Of a stretch of 39,936 bases of DNA, positions 9,629 to 15,921 are shown one piece after another. The stretch spans positions 1-39,936 of the forward strand of contig JBJDXJ010000029.1 of assembly GCA_051866635.1 (NCBI GenBank), read 5' to 3'. Under the pieces are notes generated by a model. The model saw only the letters and a list, made by a program, of their open reading frames with translations, did not search any database and had not been told where the DNA came from. Each line of letters begins with the position of its first letter. Within the stretch, counting starts at the first letter, position 1. The stretch comes from Clostridia bacterium (lineage in GTDB: Bacteria > Bacillota > Clostridia > UMGS1883). The position numbers and the translations under genes are program-made.

Positions 9629-11613
9629 GTAAGGTAAAAATAGCGGACAGTGCAGGATTTTGCTTTGGTGTATCAAGAGCCTTGGAAATGACAGAGGCAG
9701 GCATCAGGGAAGGTAAAAAAATTGTTACCTACGGACCTATTATTCACAACGGTCAGGTTGTGGAAGCACTTAGTAAAAAGGGCGTAAGGATAATAGAAAA
9801 TGTGGATGAGGCGACAAAGAGCGACACTGTTGTTATAAGGAGCCACGGCGTTACTAAAGAGGTTGAAGATGCCTTTCGTCAAAAGGGCATTGAATACATT
9901 GATGCCACATGTCCTTTCGTTAAAAAAATTCATAAAATAGTTGCTGAAAATTATAAAAACGGAAAAACCATTGTAATTATAGGTGACGCACATCACCCCG
10001 AAGTCATGGGTATTAACGGATGGTGTGAAAATTCGGCGGTGATTTTTTCTTCGGAGGAGGATATAGATACCGCACTTTTACAGGGAAAAGAGTGCTGTGT
10101 GGTCTCACAAACTACTTTTGAGAGGAATTTGTGGGAAAAAATCGTAAAAATTATAAAAAACACTTGCAAAGAGGTAGTGTTTTTTGATACAATATGTAAT
10201 GCGACTAATGATAGGCAAAAAAGCACCGCTGCTCTTGCAAGGGAAAGTGATGTTTTTATAGTAATAGGCGGTCGCAACAGCTCCAATACAAAAAAACTTT
10301 ATCAGATTGCAAAAGAGCTTTGTAAAAAGACATTTCTTATTGAAGGTGCTTGGGAGCTGCCCGAGGATGTTTACCATCCGGGGGAACGAATTGGTATAAC
10401 CGCCGGTGCATCGACACCGGATTGGATAATAAAGGAGGTTTTTACAACCATGGTAAATGCAGAAAATTTAAAAGGAGAGCTTAGTTTTGCGGAGGCCTTT
10501 GAGGAATCCCTCGTAACTTTAAATACAGGACAAGTAGTTACCGGTACAGTTATGAAGATTACACCTACAGAAGTGTACGTAAATCTTGGTTTCAAGGCAG
10601 ACGGTGTCATCCCTGTAGATGAACTTTCCGACGATCCCGACGTAAAGCCCGAAGATGTAGTTAAGGTTGGCGAAGAACTTGAAGTATTCGTTGTTCGCGT
10701 TAACGATGCTGAAGGCTACGTAAAGCTTTCCAAGAAGAAGATTGATGCTGTTAAGGGTTGGGCTGCAATCGAAAATGCAGCAGAAACACAGGAAGTTCTT
10801 ACAGGTAAGGTTATCGAAGCTGTTAACCGCGGTATCGTTGTAACCGTTAACGGTACAAGAGTATTTGTTCCTTCCTCTCAGGCAAGTGAAAGATTTGTTC
10901 AGGACCTTTCCACATTAGTAGGCAACACAGTTTCTCTCCGCATCCTTAACATTAAGGAAGACAGACGCGGCAAAAAGGCTATCGGTTCCATCAAGAGCGT
11001 TCTTATGGAAGAAAAGGCTAAGAAGAGCGAAGCATTCTGGTCAGCTGTTGAAGTTGGCAAGCACTACACAGGTACAGTTAAGACACTTACATCCTTCGGT
11101 GCTTTTGTTGATATCGGCGGTGTAGATGGTCTTGTTCACATTTCCGAACTTTCCTGGACAAGAATTAAGTCCCCCGAAGAAGTGGTTAAGGTTGGCGACG
11201 TTTTGGATGTATATATTATCGAAGCAAACCGTGAAACAGGTAAGATTTCTCTCGGCTATAAGAAGACTGAGGACAACCCCTGGGTTATCGCTCAGAACAC
11301 AATGGCTGTAGGCGACGTTAAGAGCGTTAAAGTTGTAAGACTTCTTCCCTTCGGTGCTTTCGTTGAAATCATCCCCGGTGTTGAAGGTCTTATCCATGTT
11401 TCTCAGATTGATACAAAGCGTATCGGCAAGCCCGCAGATGTACTTAGTGTAGGTCAGGTTGTTGAAGCAAAGATTGTTGAAGCTGATTGGGAAGCTAAGA
11501 AGATTGGTCTTTCCATTAAGGCACTCCTTCAGCCTGAAGTTCCTGCTGAAGAAGCTCCTGCTGAAGAGGCTCCTGCTGAGGAAGCAGTTGAAGCTCCTGC
11601 TGAAGCTGAATAA
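9625..11613 (+). CDS. ispH: Fused 4-hydroxy-3-methylbut-2-enyl diphosphate reductase (IspH/LytB) / ribosomal protein S1
   Basis: AGFCFGV, DATCPFV, TICNAT, SSNT and GITAGASTP (IspH), then S1 repeats (FGAFVDIGGVDGLVHISELSW, FGAFVEIIPGVEGLIHVSQI). Confidence 0.95.
   Translation: MSKVKIADSAGFCFGVSRALEMTEAGIREGKKIVTYGPIIHNGQVVEALSKKGVRIIENVDEATKSDTVVIRSHGVTKEVEDAFRQKGIEYIDATCPFVKKIHKIVAENYKNGKTIVIIGDAHHPEVMGINGWCENSAVIFSSEEDIDTALLQGKECCVVSQTTFERNLWEKIVKIIKNTCKEVVFFDTICNATNDRQKSTAALARESDVFIVIGGRNSSNTKKLYQIAKELCKKTFLIEGAWELPEDVYHPGERIGITAGASTPDWIIKEVFTTMVNAENLKGELSFAEAFEESLVTLNTGQVVTGTVMKITPTEVYVNLGFKADGVIPVDELSDDPDVKPEDVVKVGEELEVFVVRVNDAEGYVKLSKKKIDAVKGWAAIENAAETQEVLTGKVIEAVNRGIVVTVNGTRVFVPSSQASERFVQDLSTLVGNTVSLRILNIKEDRRGKKAIGSIKSVLMEEKAKKSEAFWSAVEVGKHYTGTVKTLTSFGAFVDIGGVDGLVHISELSWTRIKSPEEVVKVGDVLDVYIIEANRETGKISLGYKKTEDNPWVIAQNTMAVGDVKSVKVVRLLPFGAFVEIIPGVEGLIHVSQIDTKRIGKPADVLSVGQVVEAKIVEADWEAKKIGLSIKALLQPEVPAEEAPAEEAPAEEAVEAPAEAE
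11542..11586 (+). repeat. 15-bp coding tandem repeat (PAEEA x3) in the acidic tail of S1
   Basis: cctgctgaagaagct cctgctgaagaggct cctgctgaggaagca. Confidence 0.7.
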
Positions 11614-11627
11614 TTTGCATAAATTCA

Positions 11628-11658
11628 AAAAACCGCATCGTAAGATGCGGTTTTTTTT
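11628..11658. terminator. Bidirectional intrinsic terminator between convergent genes
   Basis: aaaaaaccgcatc-gtaa-gatgcggtttttttt. Confidence 0.88.
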
Positions 11659-11690
11659 CAGTCTGTCGATAAACTGCTTTTGGAATTTAA

Positions 11691-13421
11691 TCAGTAAATT
11701 ATGTCACTGTCGCAACCAATCTTTTCAAGCATTCTTTGGAAAGATGCAAAGCGGTTGGGGTAGAGCTGTTTAATTCCTATTTGCAAATCACGGTTAGAAT
11801 AGCAGAGCCAGTAAAGCCGTGAAAATTCAGCAAAGCCTTCATCGCTGTTTGTATTGCCGTATGTAGAAATTGTTGCAATGTCGTCTGTTACTGCCTGAGC
11901 CCATTTAGCTCCCTGACTCCAGTGTGATGCACGGTTATTTATATCACCGTTTGCCATATAGTCGTTGCTGTGACCGAGTTCGTGGGCAAAGCCTTTTATC
12001 ATGGAGCTTTCGTTTGCCGTGCCTGTCAGGCGGACAAACAATTCTTCCCCGCCGCAGTTATATGTGGAGGTATTTCCTGAAAGATATACATACATTGTTT
12101 TAATGTTCTTGCGGTATGCATAGGGAAATTTACCAAGGGCTGTAATTGCCGTCTGAACATTTGAAAAATCAGGGTCAACGCAGTAAAGTGAAACATTCTG
12201 CTCTGTGTCTTGTGTTTTGTATGTAACTTCAATCCTATAGCAGTTAATTTCCTGACCTGTGTAGGGGTGTTCATCACTTGCGGAATAAATAACACCGTCT
12301 TCTTCCACTAAATCCCACATAACATGTTTTGTTTTAATCGGGGCAGACTGTGTAACGACAGCGTCTCCGCCGGGGAATGAGGGAACAGTGTAGTAATCAA
12401 CAAGACTGCCCATTACGGGGGTTGAAACCGCATCAAGTATTTTTTCTTTTTGTTCTTCGGCGGTTAAGCTGTTACGGTTTAAATACACAGAAGTAAATGC
12501 CGATTCAATTGTGTCTAAGAAGGACTTACCGTTTGTAGCCGCCGATGGGAACACATCAGCACCTACAGAGGTGCAAATATCCATAACCCTTTGCTTTTCA
12601 GCTTCCGTCATTAATTTAAAACCGTCAAGTGCCGTTATAAGTGTTGAGGGTGTTTCTCCCACAAATTGCATCTGCCATACATAACATTCATCCTGAATAG
12701 TTACAGCACCGTCACAAGCTGCAAGGTAACCGCCATTTGCGTGACGAAGTGCAACACCATCTTCTTTATTTTCAATTATCCAACGCTGTTTGCCACTTCC
12801 GGGGGAGTAGAAATACATTCTTACACCGTTATCTTGGGTGTATTCCAGTCGGTAACGGGGCTGTGTGTAATCCTCAAAGGAATACTGATTATCAGACATA
12901 TCCTTTAATCTTAAGAGCGTGGGCGTATCAGACAATGACACCGTTTTCCCCGAAACGGATAACGATCCTTCTGGCGAGGATAAAGTATAATAACGCTCAC
13001 TTAAGCCACTGTATGTAACTGATGAATTATTCATTAACCCTTTTGTGCAAATAATTGTTGTTTTAAGGGTGGTTTGTGGCTTAACAGGCTCCATTGTACG
13101 CTTATTTAAAACAATAACCTTTGCATAATCACCGAAGGAAACCGTTTCGGGAATGGTAATGCTTACAGTTTGCATACTTGTGTCAGAAACAGTTTTCGTA
13201 ACACAGGAATAAAGTGTGTTGTCTGAAAGGTAGTAGCCTATTGCAAACAAGACCTCCTCCGGAGCGGACTCCAACTTTAAAACCGCACTGATTTCACCCT
13301 CTGTAAGCTCGGAAGAGTAAAAACCGAACTGCCCTTCAATCTCCTGTGCGGAAATCTGAAATGCAGATAATGAAAGGCAAATGGACATACATAAAATTAA
13401 CGATATAAATTTATTTTTCAC
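11691..13421 (-). CDS. Secreted putative zinc metallopeptidase (HExxH...E) with a possible beta-trefoil-like domain
   Basis: Signal peptide MKNKFISLILCMSICLSLSAFQISA; FAHELGHSND...YGNTNSDEGFAE; QRWIIE...LRHANGGYLA segment; GTG start with AAAGGAG RBS. Confidence 0.7.
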   Translation of the reverse strand: MKNKFISLILCMSICLSLSAFQISAQEIEGQFGFYSSELTEGEISAVLKLESAPEEVLFAIGYYLSDNTLYSCVTKTVSDTSMQTVSITIPETVSFGDYAKVIVLNKRTMEPVKPQTTLKTTIICTKGLMNNSSVTYSGLSERYYTLSSPEGSLSVSGKTVSLSDTPTLLRLKDMSDNQYSFEDYTQPRYRLEYTQDNGVRMYFYSPGSGKQRWIIENKEDGVALRHANGGYLAACDGAVTIQDECYVWQMQFVGETPSTLITALDGFKLMTEAEKQRVMDICTSVGADVFPSAATNGKSFLDTIESAFTSVYLNRNSLTAEEQKEKILDAVSTPVMGSLVDYYTVPSFPGGDAVVTQSAPIKTKHVMWDLVEEDGVIYSASDEHPYTGQEINCYRIEVTYKTQDTEQNVSLYCVDPDFSNVQTAITALGKFPYAYRKNIKTMYVYLSGNTSTYNCGGEELFVRLTGTANESSMIKGFAHELGHSNDYMANGDINNRASHWSQGAKWAQAVTDDIATISTYGNTNSDEGFAEFSRLYWLCYSNRDLQIGIKQLYPNRFASFQRMLEKIGCDSDIIY

Positions 13422-13467
13422 GGCTGTTCTCCTTTACAAATGTACTAAGTCTATTATATAATATACA

Positions 13468-14238
13468 TTGTTAAATTTCAATAAACAAAGGATGAATTTT
13501 GTGCAGGCGGTTTTAATTATTTCAGGCACGGTGCTTTTTGTTAACGGAGCCTTTATGAGTTTAGTATCCAATTTCAATTTAGGTATTATTTTAACACTTT
13601 TGGCAGGGACGTTTTTTCTTTCCTGGGGTGTTTTTTATGAAAAAATCAGAGAAATAACAAAAATGGGCGTTTTAAAATGGGTTAAGCGTGTTGTTGTGAT
13701 GCTTATTTTAATTGAGATAGCATTGGTAAGTTTTATTGCTATCTACGGACAAAGTGACAATGTCTCTTACAGTGAGGACGCTGTAGTTGTACTTGGTTGC
13801 GGCATACGTGGGGACAGGGTTACCGTACCGCTTGCCTACAGGCTGAACAGTGCAATTGAATATCATAAAAAGAACCCTAATGCTGTGATTGTTGTAACGG
13901 GTGGTAAAGGTTTTCAGGAAACAATAACAGAAGCTGAAGCAATGGAAAAATACCTTATTTCACACGGTGTTGACCCGGATAAAATAATAAAAGAAGAAAA
14001 AGCAACAAGTACCAATGAGAATATGCGTTTTACAAAAGAAATTCTGGACAAGCATTTTGCAAAAGATTACAGCGTTGTTGTTATAACAAACAACTTCCAT
14101 ATATACCGCAGTGTTTCTATTGCAAAAATGGAAGGGTTTGAAAATGTTTACCATAAGCACGCCGGATTAAAATGGTACAATATGGCACCTTGCTATTTAA
14201 GAGAGAGCTTGGCAGTGTTGAAAATGTGGATGTTTTAA
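13468..14238 (+). CDS. YdcF/ElyC/SanA (DUF218) family membrane protein
   Basis: Three N-terminal hydrophobic helices; VVVLGCG, RL..AIEY, VTGGKG, TEAEAM, EEKATSTNEN, ITNNFHIYRS; exact start uncertain. Confidence 0.87.
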   Translation: MLNFNKQRMNFVQAVLIISGTVLFVNGAFMSLVSNFNLGIILTLLAGTFFLSWGVFYEKIREITKMGVLKWVKRVVVMLILIEIALVSFIAIYGQSDNVSYSEDAVVVLGCGIRGDRVTVPLAYRLNSAIEYHKKNPNAVIVVTGGKGFQETITEAEAMEKYLISHGVDPDKIIKEEKATSTNENMRFTKEILDKHFAKDYSVVVITNNFHIYRSVSIAKMEGFENVYHKHAGLKWYNMAPCYLRESLAVLKMWMF

Positions 14239-14378
14239 GCCTTCCCTTCCGGTTAGAAAGCTTTGACAGTGCATTTTGCAGTGAGAATAAGAGTATTTTA
14301 AGCCTTCCCCTTGAGTTGGAAAGCTTTGACGGTGCATTTTGCAGTGAAAATGAGAGTATTTTAAGCCTTCCCCTTGAG
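14233..14378 (+). repeat. 63-bp tandem repeat (2 full units plus a partial unit) abutting the left inverted repeat of the DUF559 gene
   Basis: Units begin ttttaagccttccc at 14233, 14296 and 14359; units 1 and 2 share gaaagctttgac.gtgcattttgcagtga.aat.agagta. Confidence 0.88.
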
Positions 14379-14812
14379 GGGAAGGGGGACCGCTTGCGGT
14401 GGATGAGGTGGAAAATAAATGAATAAAACCAATAATTCAAAATTGACAGGTTATGCAAAAACGTTAAGAAAAAATATGACAAAAGAAGAAAGACACCTTT
14501 GGTATGATTTTTTGAAAAATTTGTCTGTTACTGTAAACAGACAAAAAGTTATAGGTAAATATATTGTTGATTTTTATATAGCATCTGCCCGAATAGCTAT
14601 TGAACTTGATGGTTCGCAGCATTATGAAGAGGAAAATATAAAAGATGATAAAGAAAGAGATAAATACCTGAATGAAATAGGCATAAAAGTATTGAGGTAT
14701 TCAAATTTAGACATTAATAGCAATTTTAATGAAGTGTGTCAAAATATCTTGACCTATATAGACACCTCATCCGACGGCTGATGCCGCCACCTTCCCCTCA
14801 AGGGGAAGGCTT
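14363..14812. mobile_element. Putative REP/REPIN-like element: DUF559 gene between ~50-bp double-hairpin inverted repeats
   Basis: Left end 14363-14410 and the reverse complement of right end 14763-14812 share aagccttccccttgaggggaagg (23 nt) and ggatgaggtg (10 nt); mobility is inferred. Confidence 0.6.
14419..14781 (+). CDS. DUF559 (YcjD / very-short-patch-repair-like) endonuclease domain protein
   Basis: AKTLRKNMTKEERHLW, RQKVIGKYIVDFY, IELDGSQHY, D.ERD.YL...GIKVLRYSN. Confidence 0.92.
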   Translation: MNKTNNSKLTGYAKTLRKNMTKEERHLWYDFLKNLSVTVNRQKVIGKYIVDFYIASARIAIELDGSQHYEEENIKDDKERDKYLNEIGIKVLRYSNLDINSNFNEVCQNILTYIDTSSDG

Positions 14813-14826
14813 TTTTTCAATGAATA

Positions 14827-14855
14827 TTGACAAAATCTGTCGTTTACGTTACAAT
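14827..14855 (+). promoter_or_regulatory. Sigma-A promoter for mscL
   Basis: TTGACA-17 nt-TACAAT. Confidence 0.7.
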
Positions 14856-14887
14856 TTAAGTGAAATATGAAAAAAGGGGATAGTGAA

Positions 14888-15328
14888 ATGGGATTTTTGA
14901 AGGATTTTAAGAGCTTTGCAATGAAGGGCAATGTTATCGACATGGCTGTAGGCGTTGTAATAGGTTCAGCTTTCGGTAAAATTGTAACAAGTATTGTAAA
15001 CGATGTTATTATGCCTATATTCGGTGTTTTAACGGCAGGCATTAAATTTACAGATTTGAAGTGGGTTTTGTCACCCCAGGTTGTTGACGAGGTTACGGGA
15101 GAAGTTACAAAGGCTGAAATTGCACTTACATACGGCAACCTTATTCAGAATGTTGTTGACTTTTTATTAATTGCACTTTCAATTTTTGTTGTTATCCGTA
15201 TTGTGACTAAGGCATCGGAAAAACTTAGAAAACAAGAAGAAGCAGTTCCCGAATCTGAAGAGCCGGCAGGACCTACCCAGGAAGAACTCTTAACGGAAAT
15301 CAGAGATTTACTTAAAAATAAGCAGTAA
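14888..15328 (+). CDS. mscL: Large-conductance mechanosensitive channel
   Basis: FLKDFKSFAMKGNVIDMAVGVVIGSAFGKIVTS, YGNLIQ, LLTEIRDLL. Confidence 0.96.
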   Translation: MGFLKDFKSFAMKGNVIDMAVGVVIGSAFGKIVTSIVNDVIMPIFGVLTAGIKFTDLKWVLSPQVVDEVTGEVTKAEIALTYGNLIQNVVDFLLIALSIFVVIRIVTKASEKLRKQEEAVPESEEPAGPTQEELLTEIRDLLKNKQ

Positions 15329-15341
15329 AATGTAAAAAAGA

Positions 15342-15495
15342 AGCTGTAAAAAGAATCAACACTCAGATAACGAAAAGACCATTTCGGGACTGTCCCAACA
15401 AAACCTCGCAAGGTTTCTTTGGCAAATTGTCTCCCAATTTGCCATAAGGGGGACTGTCCCAAATGGTCTTAACTTATTTCTTTCTTTTTACAGTC
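15342..15495 (-). repeat. Copy A of the ~160-bp MITE-like 'GGGACAGTCCC' element (inverted relative to copies B-D)
   Basis: Near-exact reverse complement of 26377-26537, with a small deletion near one end. Confidence 0.9.
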
Positions 15496-15515
15496 TCTTT
15501 TTTTGGGAGCTCAGC

Positions 15516-15749
15516 TTACAGGATTTCTTCTAACTTTATGACAAAAGTACTCATTTTAATATCAAGTGCATTACAAATGCGGTATAGGGTTTCTAAGGTG
15601 GGCTTGCGTTCACCTCGTTCAATAGCACTTAAATGGCTTCTGCCTATGTCTGCAAGTCCGCTTAAAACCTCTTGTGAAACGCCTTTTTGCCGGCGGAAAA
15701 AGGCTACTGTTGCACCAACCTTAATGGAATCAAGTGTGGGTATATACAT
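15516..15749 (-). CDS. XRE-family helix-turn-helix regulator
   Basis: RRQKGVSQEVLSGLADIGRSHLSAIERGERKPTLETLYRICNALDI; GAGGTG RBS. Confidence 0.9.
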   Translation of the reverse strand: MYIPTLDSIKVGATVAFFRRQKGVSQEVLSGLADIGRSHLSAIERGERKPTLETLYRICNALDIKMSTFVIKLEEIL

Positions 15750-15792
15750 ATTCTCACCTCAAAAATAGTATATGCCATCTTAAATTATTGTT

Positions 15793-15833
15793 TGAACACA
15801 TATGTTGACAGATGAACACTTATGTGTTAAAAT
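15793..15833 (+). promoter_or_regulatory. Sigma-A promoter overlapped by two repeated candidate operator sites, divergent from the XRE gene
   Basis: TTGACA (15805)-17 nt-TAAAAT with TG extension; tgaacacatatgt and tgaacacttatgt repeats; aacac-ttat-gtgtt palindrome. Confidence 0.65.
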
Positions 15834-15857
15834 TTCCTTATTGAAAGCAAGTCAATA

Positions 15858-15886
15858 TTGATTGACATGGATTTAAAAGGTATAAT
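15858..15886 (+). promoter_or_regulatory. Second putative sigma-A promoter upstream of the GH105 gene
   Basis: TTGATT-17 nt-TATAAT; gtcaat...attgac inverted repeat over the -35 region. Confidence 0.55.
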
Positions 15887-15921
15887 TAATGAAGAAGGAA
15901 AAGAAAGGAAGAGGCAAAGAA

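Noticed and set aside
11041-11628. 195-aa antisense ORF over the S1 region
   Set aside because: Shadow of a highly expressed gene.
14233-14410. Possible CRISPR array from the 63-bp periodicity
   Set aside because: The intervening sequences are near-identical rather than unique spacers, the repeats are degenerate, and no cas genes are present.
14117-14482. ORFs 14172..14426 (+) and 14117..14482 (-) with 21-aa repeats
   Set aside because: Read-through of the 63-bp tandem repeat, overlapping real genes.
15463-15768. 101-aa plus-strand ORF
   Set aside because: Antisense to the XRE gene and starts inside a repeat.
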